From Minisyncoccia bacterium (lineage in GTDB: Bacteria > Patescibacteriota > Minisyncoccia > Phycocordibacterales > DATDWN01), in the NCBI GenBank assembly GCA_049297675.1, contig JBAQUS010000004.1, positions 13,188 to 77,187 of the forward strand: DNA of 64,000 bases, written 5' to 3'. Below the pieces are notes generated by a model. That model was not told where the DNA came from, ran no database searches, and saw only the letters and a list, made by a program, of their open reading frames with translations. Positions 9,602 through 18,290 of the stretch are shown here, one piece after another. The translations under genes were made by a program, and so were the position numbers. The stretch's first letter is position 1. Every line of letters starts with the position of its first letter.

Positions 9602-10666
9602 TTAATTTTCCCTCTTAGCTTCATTATTTGCTCTTTCAACCATAAATTTCACTGATTCATTCATATTAATATCCTGTATCTGAATACTAGGTCTCTTATT
9701 TTTAAAAACTCTATAAATCTCATCTGCAAAAGCTTGTCCAACCGTAGGAACTTTATCGTAATCCATAATAATCACCTTAAATTTCTCAAGACCAGAAAGA
9801 ACTCTGCGGGCTTGTGATCGAGATATGTGTACTCCGCCCATAACATACAATCTAACTCTTATTTCAGTTTTATCAAATCCGTAGTCACTATTTTCACCTA
9901 CGTTTGTATACTTTTTAAATATATCACTCAGATGATGTCTATCACCAACATTCACACGAAAAGTAACCTTCGTGCCCTGTTTCTGACCTTTGACTTTTTT
10001 AATAAAAATATCTTTTATTACATTATTAGCAATAAATTGATAACCATAACTATTTAGTATAAACTCGTCACCAATTTTCGAAGTGAAAAAAATACCCTCA
10101 CCGGAGTGAAGCTTAGGGGCTGTTGTAGTTTTACCTTTAAGTAAATCTTGTATAGCTTCAATTTCAGAGTGTAAGTGTTTTTTTTGCATAATATTTCTAA
10201 AAGCACCAATACCAAAGTCGTCAACAATGAAAGTTAAGACATTTTTATTAAGAGAAACAAATATCTTTATTTTCTTTGAAGTTGAGTGTTCAATGGCATT
10301 ATTTAGCATTTCGGAAAACGCATATTCAAAAATACTTTTTACATTTTCAGATATTTTTAACACTGGAAGAAATTGCTTTTCAATATCATTAAAAATTTTA
10401 TGTTCTTCTAAATTTTTATTTGTTAGGATTTTTGAGTATGAGTTTGGCGCAAGTTTTGTATTCTTTTGCAAAAATTCTTCAGTAGTATAAAAGGCTGATC
10501 GTGTTGAGCCAATCTTAATAATCATGTTTTCATACACCAAACTTGATAGAAGTTTTGAAACGTACTGCCTAGACACACCAAAAGGCTCAATAAAATCCGA
10601 AGACCTTACCGTTCCCTTTTCTTTTATCTCTTGTATTATTTTTGCTTTAGTAAGCATTGTAAACAT
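9602..10666 (-). CDS. wHTH + histidine-kinase-like ATPase (HATPase_c) + C-terminal STAS-like (DUF4325-type) domain protein
   Basis: N-terminal FGVSRQYVSKLLSSL HTH. N-box EMLNNAIEHS, G-box DDFGIG. The C-terminal GQAFADEIYRVF segment is STAS-like. Confidence 0.5.
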   Translation of the reverse strand: MFTMLTKAKIIQEIKEKGTVRSSDFIEPFGVSRQYVSKLLSSLVYENMIIKIGSTRSAFYTTEEFLQKNTKLAPNSYSKILTNKNLEEHKIFNDIEKQFLPVLKISENVKSIFEYAFSEMLNNAIEHSTSKKIKIFVSLNKNVLTFIVDDFGIGAFRNIMQKKHLHSEIEAIQDLLKGKTTTAPKLHSGEGIFFTSKIGDEFILNSYGYQFIANNVIKDIFIKKVKGQKQGTKVTFRVNVGDRHHLSDIFKKYTNVGENSDYGFDKTEIRVRLYVMGGVHISRSQARRVLSGLEKFKVIIMDYDKVPTVGQAFADEIYRVFKNKRPSIQIQDINMNESVKFMVERANNEAKREN

Positions 10667-10667
10667 A

Positions 10668-10707
10668 ATTGTAAACTAATGCTTTTCAATTGTCAACCAA
10701 TTGTCAA
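10668..10707 (-). promoter_or_regulatory. Sigma70-like promoter with a duplicated -35 box
   Basis: On the minus strand: TTGACAattggTTGACA-17 nt-TACAAT-t-ATG. The -10 box ends 1 nt before the annotated ATG, so the transcript may be leaderless from Met4. Confidence 0.45.
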
Positions 10708-10725
10708 CCAATTCTACATCCTCTG

Positions 10726-11328
10726 TTAAATCCAGTTATTTTCCGTTAGAAAACCCTTAACCTTCTCATATATTTTACGATGTCCTTCAGCATTGGGATG
10801 CAGACCATCATCAAAGTCCTCATTTTCAAGTAACCCTACATCTAGAAAAGGAACGTTGTTTTCTCTACAAACCTCTTCCATTATCTTGCTATATTTCTTT
10901 ATATTCTCATTTGTGTAATAAATAGGAATCCAAGGTACTGGGGTTGTTTTAGATTCATCACAGTTTTTCAAATCCATAAAAACAATTTTGTCAGTAATCT
11001 TTTTTGCTCTTTTGATTATTTCTTCAAGATTACTCCTGAATTTCTCTGGCTGAACCATAAAATTACCTGGTTTATCATAAGAAGCATCATTACCACCAGT
11101 TTGAAATATAATTGCATCAGCACCTCTTATCTTTGCTTCATTTTCAAATCTCTCCAAAATTGTCTCTGTTGTTCCTCCAGAAATACTTTGATTATATATT
11201 TCTACATAATCTTCGTCTCTTTTTGCAACATAAAACCAAAGACGATTTACCCATCCACCTTTTTCCATATCCCAAGCGCCCCAAGCTGTGCTATCTCCAA
11301 ATATACAAATAGATTCTGGCTTTTTCAT
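10726..11328 (-). CDS. SGNH/GDSL hydrolase
   Basis: Block I ICIFGDSTAWG, block III GGND and block V DGLHPN. Confidence 0.8.
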   Translation of the reverse strand: MKKPESICIFGDSTAWGAWDMEKGGWVNRLWFYVAKRDEDYVEIYNQSISGGTTETILERFENEAKIRGADAIIFQTGGNDASYDKPGNFMVQPEKFRSNLEEIIKRAKKITDKIVFMDLKNCDESKTTPVPWIPIYYTNENIKKYSKIMEEVCRENNVPFLDVGLLENEDFDDGLHPNAEGHRKIYEKVKGFLTENNWI

Positions 11329-11413
11329 ATAGTTTCTAAAGGATAAATATCAATACCCCCGCAACATTTTCTTCAGTTTCTCCATGTCTAACTAAAAATA
11401 ATTTCATATAAAT

Positions 11414-11977
11414 TTATATATCTAAGTTAATTACTTTGTACTCATATTCCTTAAGAAATAAATTCTCTAAGTCTTGTGCTATATCTTTGAATACATCCTT
11501 ATATTCCTCTTTATAATGGGGAATGATTTTAAGAGGAAGAATACCAAGACCTTCCATTATTTGATTTGCACTTGGACTAAAGAAGAATCTACCAAATACA
11601 TTCGCACCAGCTGACTCTCCAGCTACGGTTTTTCCTTTCAATGAGTCTTTCAATTCAGGAAACTTTTTCAATGCCTCTAGTAGTTTTAGAGAAGTGCCAC
11701 CTTGAAAATATATAATATCCGCATATTTTACCTGTTCAATAAAAGACTCTTCATTCGCAACCTCAAAGTTAAGTTTCTCTTGGTGTTTATTTTGATTAAA
11801 TTCACCCTTAACTCTTTCTGTGGTGATATGTATTCGTTCAATATCTTTTGCAAAAGGAACAATCAAAACCTTTGCATTTTCAGGAGCATCTTTCAGGATT
11901 TCCTTATAGAAATCTGAATTATTCTCTTCTTGATTACCAGGAGTGAACCCCCCATGGAGAATAAACTTTGTTTTCAT
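11414..11977 (-). CDS. Peptidase S51 (dipeptidase E)-like protein
   Basis: FQGGTSLKLL ... GESAGANVF is the nucleophile-elbow pattern of the S51 family. Confidence 0.55.
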   Translation of the reverse strand: MKTKFILHGGFTPGNQEENNSDFYKEILKDAPENAKVLIVPFAKDIERIHITTERVKGEFNQNKHQEKLNFEVANEESFIEQVKYADIIYFQGGTSLKLLEALKKFPELKDSLKGKTVAGESAGANVFGRFFFSPSANQIMEGLGILPLKIIPHYKEEYKDVFKDIAQDLENLFLKEYEYKVINLDI

Positions 11978-12381
11978 ATAACTTTACCTAAATTACCATT
12001 CAAAATAATAGCGTCATAAGCCTGGAGTTCATCGTCAATGTATTTTTGATGTGGTAAAGAATTAAGAACAAAAATTTTCTTATCTCTATAATGAGCAAAC
12101 GCCATTTCAAGAAAAGTGCTAGCGCCAATATAATTTTCGATATCTCCTTTTGTATAATTACAGACTAATATAGCATCTGAGGCTTCAATTTTGTCTAAAT
12201 GTACTTTTGCTAAATTTAAACTTTTCTTTGCTTCCACACGACTCGAGCCATCTTCACTGAAATAATCTACATTTTCAACCTTTATTGGTCTGTACACTTC
12301 ATGACCATTGGCCTCAAGTTGTTTTTGAATTTCAATCATATTATCAAAAAACTTTATTGATCCACAAAGCGTAATTTTCAT
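11974..12381 (-). CDS. Nucleoside 2-deoxyribosyltransferase-like protein
   Basis: MKITLCGSIKF ... ASTFLEMAFA ... KIFVLN is a Rossmann-like pattern of that fold. There is a 4-nt overlap with the downstream gene. Confidence 0.45.
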   Translation of the reverse strand: MKITLCGSIKFFDNMIEIQKQLEANGHEVYRPIKVENVDYFSEDGSSRVEAKKSLNLAKVHLDKIEASDAILVCNYTKGDIENYIGASTFLEMAFAHYRDKKIFVLNSLPHQKYIDDELQAYDAIILNGNLGKVI

Positions 12382-12384
12382 AAG

Positions 12385-12945
12385 TTATGATTTTAATCCG
12401 AATAATTTTTGACCCTCATCAAACAAATCGAGCATATCCTTCGAAAGAATGAGTGGGATAAACTTTTGTCTATCTTCTGGAGTAAGATTGTTTAGAGAAT
12501 CAATCTTCCAAGCTTCAAAGCCTATCGCTTTACCGGACTCGACCTGAAGGTCGCTGACCTTACCATCAAAAAGATAAACGTATTGTGAACGAATAGTATT
12601 ATTCGTAAGTTTTGTTACTTCATCAAAACTTTTCTTAAACATCTTTTTTACTAGCTTTAATTTTGAAAGATCTACATTAATTCCAGTTTCTTCTTTACAT
12701 TCTTTAACCGCTGTCTCATCATAAGTCATTTTTGGATCAACATGCCCACCAACAGTTGCATCAAGAAGATCTGGATATGTGTCTTTATCTTTTGCTCGAT
12801 GTTGGAAAACAATCTCCCTATCTGGAGTTATAAACCAAATATGAATTTCGCGATGCAATAATCCTTTTTCATGAACAGTTTTCCTTGGTTCAAGACCAAT
12901 TATTTCATCATTTTCATTTACAACTTCAAGCATTTCTTCTTTCAT
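12385..12945 (-). CDS. NUDIX hydrolase
   Basis: Nudix box GGHVDPKMTYDETAVKECKEETGI. Confidence 0.8.
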   Translation of the reverse strand: MKEEMLEVVNENDEIIGLEPRKTVHEKGLLHREIHIWFITPDREIVFQHRAKDKDTYPDLLDATVGGHVDPKMTYDETAVKECKEETGINVDLSKLKLVKKMFKKSFDEVTKLTNNTIRSQYVYLFDGKVSDLQVESGKAIGFEAWKIDSLNNLTPEDRQKFIPLILSKDMLDLFDEGQKLFGLKS

Positions 12946-12960
12946 ATTTAGTATAATAAC

Positions 12961-12992
12961 AAAAAATCACCGAGTTGTATCGGTGATTTTTT
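12961..12992. terminator. Bidirectional hairpin aaaaaatcaccga-gttgta-tcggtgatttttt
   Basis: 13-bp stem flanked by A and T runs, downstream of tRNA-Gln. A near-identical copy lies at 33933-33964. Confidence 0.6.
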
Positions 12993-13085
12993 GTCTTGAA
13001 TACTGCACTCAGCAGGTATGCTATGTCGGAATAGGTACTTGAGCCATTTCGACCCTCCTCGGAGTCCGAAACTATCTCAAGCTGG

Positions 13086-13156
13086 CTGGGGGGGAAGGAA
13101 TCGGACCTTCATTAGAAGCTTCAAAGGCTCCTGTCCTACCATTAGACGACCCCCCA
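13086..13156 (-). tRNA. tRNA-Gln (anticodon TTG)
   Basis: Hand-folded cloverleaf: TGGGGGG/CCCCCCA acceptor (U1-A72), anticodon arm GGAGC-CTTTGAA-GCTTC, T arm GAAGG-TCCGATT-CCTTC. CCA is encoded after the discriminator. Confidence 0.85.
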
Positions 13157-13266
13157 AATTTCTAGAATCAGGAAATCGGTCACAAATAATTTTCTGATGA
13201 AAATTTTCGCGACCCCGCCTCCTTCGTCTTCACTCAGTCCGGCCTTGCAAAAACATAACATGTTTT

Positions 13267-13319
13267 CTCACCCCTCTAAAGGCTTCAAAGGCCTCTGTTC
13301 TAGCGTGGGGCGTCTCCCA
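13267..13319 (-). pseudogene. Degenerate tRNA-Gln-like fragment
   Basis: The minus strand reads TGGGAGAC...GAGGC-CTTTGAA-GCCTT. The anticodon arm and 5' acceptor resemble the adjacent tRNA-Gln, but there is no foldable T arm or 3' acceptor. Confidence 0.35.
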
Positions 13320-13435
13320 ATATGCAATACAGTAACACTTTTTTTTGTCATCCTCAACTATTAGTCTAATCCAATTCACAATTACATACAAATATAAATT
13401 GATTAAACTTTAACTACTAATTAATTTACTTTGCT

Positions 13436-13473
13436 ATACACTTAACTTATGCTATAGCATAAGTTAAGTGTAT
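13436..13473. promoter_or_regulatory. 38-nt perfect palindrome atacacttaacttatgcta|tagcataagttaagtgtat
   Basis: Verified base by base. It lies 26 nt downstream of the PaaX-like stop and is related to the repeat at 14082-14131. Confidence 0.5.
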
Positions 13474-13498
13474 GTAGTCTTAGTATAGTATTTTAAGT

Positions 13499-14071
13499 TC
13501 AATCGAGAGAAAGAGAAAATAATTTTCTAATTCTCTTATCACCTTCGATAGAATCTGCAATTATGTAAAGTAGATCCTTCCCTATTTTGAAATCAGCTTT
13601 CAGTAAATTAATAAAGTCCTCACAATCGTAAGGGTAAATCCAGACACTATCTTGTAATCTCAGAAAACCAACACTACTAAGAGTCAACCTGACCTTGTTT
13701 CTAAGAATTTTTCTTGTTTCGGGAATATCAAAAATGAGCATTCTCCATCTTTTATCCCATTTCTTTGGTTTGCTAATTTTCCAATCCCTTATTTCCATGC
13801 CTTCTAAATATTTTAGTCCCTTTTCAGTTATTCTTATTAACCCGTTCTCACGTCCTAAAAATCCATTTTGTAGCAATTTATCACGAGATCTAGCCATTAC
13901 TTCTCTCTGCCTCTTTATCGGCTTAAAACCTGCTTTCTCTAGATACTGAACGGCATTAGGAGCAAGCAGTGCGAGACTGACATACCCCGCTAACTTTACT
14001 GAGGTTAGTATTATTTTTTTGAGATCATTTCTTGCCTTCCTTTTTCTTGATTTATTCTCTATATCCCCCAT
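13499..14071 (-). CDS. PaaX-like transcriptional regulator (wHTH + PaaX C-terminal-type domain)
   Basis: WDKRWRMLIFDIPETRKILRNKVRLTLSSVGFLRLQDSVWIYP is the characteristic PaaX-family segment. Confidence 0.55.
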   Translation of the reverse strand: MGDIENKSRKRKARNDLKKIILTSVKLAGYVSLALLAPNAVQYLEKAGFKPIKRQREVMARSRDKLLQNGFLGRENGLIRITEKGLKYLEGMEIRDWKISKPKKWDKRWRMLIFDIPETRKILRNKVRLTLSSVGFLRLQDSVWIYPYDCEDFINLLKADFKIGKDLLYIIADSIEGDKRIRKLFSLSLD

Positions 14072-14081
14072 TATTCGAATA

Positions 14082-14131
14082 TATCATATACACTTAACTA
14101 GTGCTATAGCACTGATTAAGTGTATATGATA
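14082..14131. promoter_or_regulatory. 50-nt inverted repeat (two mismatched pairs) immediately upstream of the PaaX-like gene
   Basis: tatcatatacacttaactagtgctat|atagcactgattaagtgtatatgata. It shares the atacacttaa arms and the gctatagc centre with 13436-13473. Confidence 0.5.
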
Positions 14132-14280
14132 GTTACGTAATATGCGTTAGTGTGTCTAATTCGTGTGCTAATATGTTTGTCTAGGACTATCAATAATATA
14201 TTATGAATCTATAATCAGTTTATTTATTCTGCTATTATTACAAATGTTACTAATCCTTCGTAGAATTCAAGAAAACGATA

Positions 14281-14958
14281 ATGCAAACTAATGTGGACCA
14301 AGTAGAGAAATTAAAAAATAAATTAATTGGTAGTAGGATTTCAGGTTTAGCTCTAGACATAGATGAAACACTTGCAGATTCAAACACACATTGGTTCGAA
14401 AATATGTTTAAATTCCACGCACCAGAGGGACTGAATCTAAAGGACGTCATGAGTAAACATAAATTTGTGGAGGAGGTTCCTGAATGGTCTACTGTAGAAG
14501 CTTTTGAATTCATGCAGGAAATGCTCCATTCGGAAGAATTCAATGAGTCAGTTCCTCTAATTGAAGATTCTAACCATATTGTAAATAAAATAGACAAGCT
14601 AATTCCAATAGTTGCTTATATAACAGCAAGACCTAGCACTGTGATTAACGCCACAAATAGATGGCTAAAAAGACATGACTTTCCTGCGGTTGACTTGATA
14701 ACTCGCCCACATGACATACAAGCTACTGTAACTGATATTATAGACAGAAACAAATGGAAAGCGAAAATCCTAATTGATCTCTTTCCATATGTTTCAGGAA
14801 TTATCGATGACAACTTGCTATTAGCACAATCACTTGACGATCTAGGTTACAAAGGTACGCTCTATCTTTATGGAACCAAAACAACAAAGTTTGATCACAT
14901 GAATCATGTTATAACATGCCCTACATGGAATGATGTTTTAGATAATATAGTAAAATAA
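14281..14958 (+). CDS. HAD-superfamily hydrolase, 5'(3')-deoxyribonucleotidase-like
   Basis: DxDxT motif LDIDETLAD and a later IIDDN motif. Confidence 0.5.
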   Translation: MQTNVDQVEKLKNKLIGSRISGLALDIDETLADSNTHWFENMFKFHAPEGLNLKDVMSKHKFVEEVPEWSTVEAFEFMQEMLHSEEFNESVPLIEDSNHIVNKIDKLIPIVAYITARPSTVINATNRWLKRHDFPAVDLITRPHDIQATVTDIIDRNKWKAKILIDLFPYVSGIIDDNLLLAQSLDDLGYKGTLYLYGTKTTKFDHMNHVITCPTWNDVLDNIVK

Positions 14959-15005
14959 ATAAAAAAAATAATAATTACAATTGTCTTAATTTTACTAGGA
15001 AGTGA

Positions 15006-16025
15006 CTAACTATTTATAATATTTATAAGAGCAAGTTCAAGTGGAAGAGATGGAATATATGAGGTTCCCACTCTCTCATAAGAATTTAGAAGTTCAATAA
15101 GTGTTTTGGATGAAAAATCCCCTGAAGCTTTGGCTATTTTAGATACAAACTCAAATTCCTTTTCTGATAGTTTGTTTTTGACTGAATTTTCTGTCCCAAA
15201 GCGGACAAGTAATACTGCTCTGGTAGTTTGTAGTATTAGTTTCAAAAATACAGACATATCTATGTTTTGTGATACAGCTTTTTTTACTGCATTAAGTCCA
15301 TTTTCAAGTTTCTTTTCGCTAATTGACTCAAGTATTTCATGAACTAACTCAACAGATGGTGCTCCTGTAACAAGCCGGACTTCTTCTTCTGAAATTTTTT
15401 TGTCCTTTGTATAAGACAAGACTTTTTGTAAAATTCCTTGAGTATCACGAAAAGAACCATCTCCCAAAAGTGCGATGAGCTCGGCAGAAGAATCTTCAAT
15501 CGAATACCCTTCTTTTTTGGATATATTCAATGCAACCTTTTTCAATGTTTCTTCACTTGGTTTTTTGAAAGTAAAGACTTCACAGCGTGAGAGAACAGTT
15601 TCTGGAATTTTGTGCGTTTCCGTGGTGGCTAAAATGAAAACAACATGAGAGGGTGGCTCCTCCAAAGTTTTTAGTAGTGCATTTGAAGCGGACTTTGAGA
15701 GCATGTGAACTTCATCCAAAATGTAAACTTTGTATTTTGACTCAAAAGGTAATGTAAAAACTGATTCGTTCAGTGACCTAATATCATCTACTGAAGTATT
15801 TGAAGCGGCATCAATCTCATATATATCGTTTTGAGTTGTGCCAATTTCCTTTGCAAATATTCTGGCAACCGAAGTCTTACCGGTCCCCCTAGTACCAGAA
15901 AAAAGATAGGCGTGGGAGATGTTACCTGAGCCTACTTCAGCCTCTAAAACCTTTACAACATGGTCCTGACCAATAACATCTTTAAATTTTGCTGGGCGAT
16001 ATTTACGATATAGTGACTCTGACAT
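15006..16025 (-). CDS. dnaX: DNA polymerase III gamma/tau subunit (short form)
   Basis: Walker A GTRGTGKTS, Walker B ILDEVHML and sensor SRC. Confidence 0.85.
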   Translation of the reverse strand: MSESLYRKYRPAKFKDVIGQDHVVKVLEAEVGSGNISHAYLFSGTRGTGKTSVARIFAKEIGTTQNDIYEIDAASNTSVDDIRSLNESVFTLPFESKYKVYILDEVHMLSKSASNALLKTLEEPPSHVVFILATTETHKIPETVLSRCEVFTFKKPSEETLKKVALNISKKEGYSIEDSSAELIALLGDGSFRDTQGILQKVLSYTKDKKISEEEVRLVTGAPSVELVHEILESISEKKLENGLNAVKKAVSQNIDMSVFLKLILQTTRAVLLVRFGTENSVKNKLSEKEFEFVSKIAKASGDFSSKTLIELLNSYERVGTSYIPSLPLELALINIINS

Positions 16026-16088
16026 GAAAGTAGTATAAACGAATCAGACCGCGGAGTACACACGCGGTCTGATAATCTGAATGCTGAA

Positions 16089-16271
16089 CTACATAGGCGG
16101 CTTCTTCTCTACCCTGAGACCACGAAGTGTGTGATTACGTCGGAAACGCACCATTATGACATTTCCGTTTCGTTTGATGTATCTAAATGGAATATTGCGC
16201 TTTTTTGTGAAAACATGTGCAACACAATCCATTCTGGGGAAACTGGTTTTGAACACCAAAGGTGATCTCAT
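16089..16271 (-). CDS. Hypothetical basic 60-aa protein; GC-richer orphan
   Basis: AGGGGG sits 6 nt upstream of the ATG. A GC-rich 11-bp hairpin terminator (atcagaccgcg...cgcggtctgat) lies at about 16044-16074. Confidence 0.35.
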   Translation of the reverse strand: MRSPLVFKTSFPRMDCVAHVFTKKRNIPFRYIKRNGNVIMVRFRRNHTLRGLRVEKKPPM

Positions 16272-16394
16272 GATGGCCCCCTGTTTCTAGTAGAACAGTA
16301 ACATTGTATTAAAAATAAAGTCAAACAATTTTGTGTAAAAAAACAAAGAGGTCTAGTGACCCCTTGAAACAGACAAAACAAAACTGAATAAAAC

Positions 16395-16476
16395 GACTCG
16401 GTGCACAAAGCCCTCACCACCCCTGGTTATGGACAGCTTTGCGGAGAATCCCGCCGGACTGCCAATGCACCGAGTC
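16395..16476 (-). ncRNA. Candidate small structured RNA of unknown class
   Basis: A GC-rich 82-nt block closed by a perfect 11-bp stem, gactcggtgca/tgcaccgagtc. On the minus strand it is followed by a small hairpin plus T-run near 16345-16370. The strand assignment is tentative. Confidence 0.3.
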
Positions 16477-16500
16477 AATTACACACTACTATAAAAAATA

Positions 16501-17493
16501 TTAGTCGTCAATTTTTTTAATATATTTTTCGATTACCTTTTCTACATCTAGGGAATTATTAGTTTCCATGAGTTTAATTCTTAACTCCTTTGCACTCCAT
16601 CCACTTAGATGAACATCAAAACCCGTCACATATGCTTTGAAATGTTTTTTCATAATTGAAAAATTTTTATGAGGTAGCATTTCTTCAAATAGTTTTGTGT
16701 GCTCAATCAGAATTTTCAGTTTTTCTTCTACATTAATTGGTAATTTCGATTCAGAAAAAAGCCATGGGTTTCCAAAAATAGCTCTTCCGAGCATTGCACC
16801 ATCACAACGATTCTCAAGACACTTTCTTCTAGCGTCCTCAATATCAATCAAGTCACCATTTCCAAAAATTAGAGTTTTACTTTTCTTACCATTTGAGTTT
16901 ACAAACGCATTTCGAATCTTAACAGCTCTTTTTACATGTTCCCATCTAGCTGGCACGAGTGACATCTCCTTTCGGGTACGTGCGTGAATTGTTATAACAG
17001 CAGGCTCCGCTTCAAGCAAAGTAGGTAGCCACGTTTCGAGTTCATTTTTATTGTATCCAATTCTAGTTTTGACAGAAACAGGAAGATCTCCCGCACCCCT
17101 CTTAGCTGACAAAATTAACTCTTGAGCAAGTTTTGGGTTTTTAATGAGTGCGGCACCAGCACCCTGCTTCTCAACACTTTTATCTGGACAACCAATATTT
17201 ATGTCCACTCCGTCAAAACCAAGTTCATTAGCTAATCTTCCAGCCTTCTCCATCATCTCAAGACTTGATGTAAAGAACTGAGCAACAATTGGTCTTTCAC
17301 TTTCATCAAAAGCTAAATCTTTTATTAATACATCATAGCCACCTTTAAACAAACCATCAGCAGAGACAAACTCAGTCCACATTACATCGGGTTTACCATA
17401 TTTTGCAATAATATACCTAAAGGCCGGATCAGTAACGTCCGCCATAGGTGCTAGAGTCATTATCGGTTTTTTAAGTTGATCCCAAAAACTCAT
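16501..17493 (-). CDS. dus: tRNA-dihydrouridine synthase
   Basis: LAPMADVTD motif and TIM-barrel FMN motifs. I moved the start to Met28 (MSFWDQ), which overlaps the folD stop within ATATGA. Confidence 0.85.
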   Translation of the reverse strand: MSFWDQLKKPIMTLAPMADVTDPAFRYIIAKYGKPDVMWTEFVSADGLFKGGYDVLIKDLAFDESERPIVAQFFTSSLEMMEKAGRLANELGFDGVDINIGCPDKSVEKQGAGAALIKNPKLAQELILSAKRGAGDLPVSVKTRIGYNKNELETWLPTLLEAEPAVITIHARTRKEMSLVPARWEHVKRAVKIRNAFVNSNGKKSKTLIFGNGDLIDIEDARRKCLENRCDGAMLGRAIFGNPWLFSESKLPINVEEKLKILIEHTKLFEEMLPHKNFSIMKKHFKAYVTGFDVHLSGWSAKELRIKLMETNNSLDVEKVIEKYIKKIDD

Positions 17494-18290
17494 ATGTTTA
17501 AAAACAAACAAGATAAAGTTACCGGACCAACTCCCCCAGGAACAGGAGTCACGAGTAGAGCCTTTGGAAAACAATCTGGATCAACATCACCAACAATTTT
17601 TCCCTCTGACTCACTTGTTCCTGCGTCAATTAAGATCACTCCTTCCTTTATCATGTCGGGTTTAATAAAATGAGAATCACCAGCACCAGAAATAATAATG
17701 TCAGAAGTTTTAAGTAATTCATCTTTTTTTGTTGGATCAGTATTTTTATCTATTTGAGCATAGTTTATTTTCTTCATACTAAGCATGTTTGAAACAGGCT
17801 CACCCACCAATTTTCCAGAACCAATAATCAAAATTTTTTTGTCACTTAAATCAATACCGTGATATTTTATTATTTCTTCAACGGCTCTCGAAACAGGTGG
17901 GACTTTATCTGTTTGTCCTAACTTGTATTGTCTTTTAGCATTTTCACTTAGAACATCAATATCTAAATCAACTGGAACTAGATTTAAAACTTGATCAGTG
18001 TCAAGATTTTTAGGTAATGGAAGCTGTATAACAATACCAGAATAATTTCTCAATGTAATTTCATCAATAATTCTTTTTACATCTGTAAAAGTAACGTTCT
18101 CCGGATGTTCTGAAACAATTGCTTTAATACCCAAACCTTCAGCAAAACGACATTTCATATTTATAAACTGTCTACTACCTGGATCATTTCCAAATATAAT
18201 AAAGCAAACCTTCTTTTGAGAAGCTTTTGATAGATTATTTATTATTTGCTCTTTTAACAAAGAAGCGACTTGTTTTCCGTCAGCGATCAT
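17490..18290 (-). CDS. folD: Methylenetetrahydrofolate dehydrogenase/cyclohydrolase
   Basis: Short FolD: GNDPGSRQF, VIQLPLP, GSGKLVGEP and PVPGGVGPVT. Confidence 0.85.
   Translation of the reverse strand: MIADGKQVASLLKEQIINNLSKASQKKVCFIIFGNDPGSRQFINMKCRFAEGLGIKAIVSEHPENVTFTDVKRIIDEITLRNYSGIVIQLPLPKNLDTDQVLNLVPVDLDIDVLSENAKRQYKLGQTDKVPPVSRAVEEIIKYHGIDLSDKKILIIGSGKLVGEPVSNMLSMKKINYAQIDKNTDPTKKDELLKTSDIIISGAGDSHFIKPDMIKEGVILIDAGTSESEGKIVGDVDPDCFPKALLVTPVPGGVGPVTLSCLFLNI

Noticed and set aside
16395-16476. SRP (4.5S) RNA.
   Set aside because: The closing stem and ACCAGG are reminiscent. However, the conserved helix-8 pattern (GNAR tetraloop flanked by AGG.../...AGCAGC) is not present on either strand.
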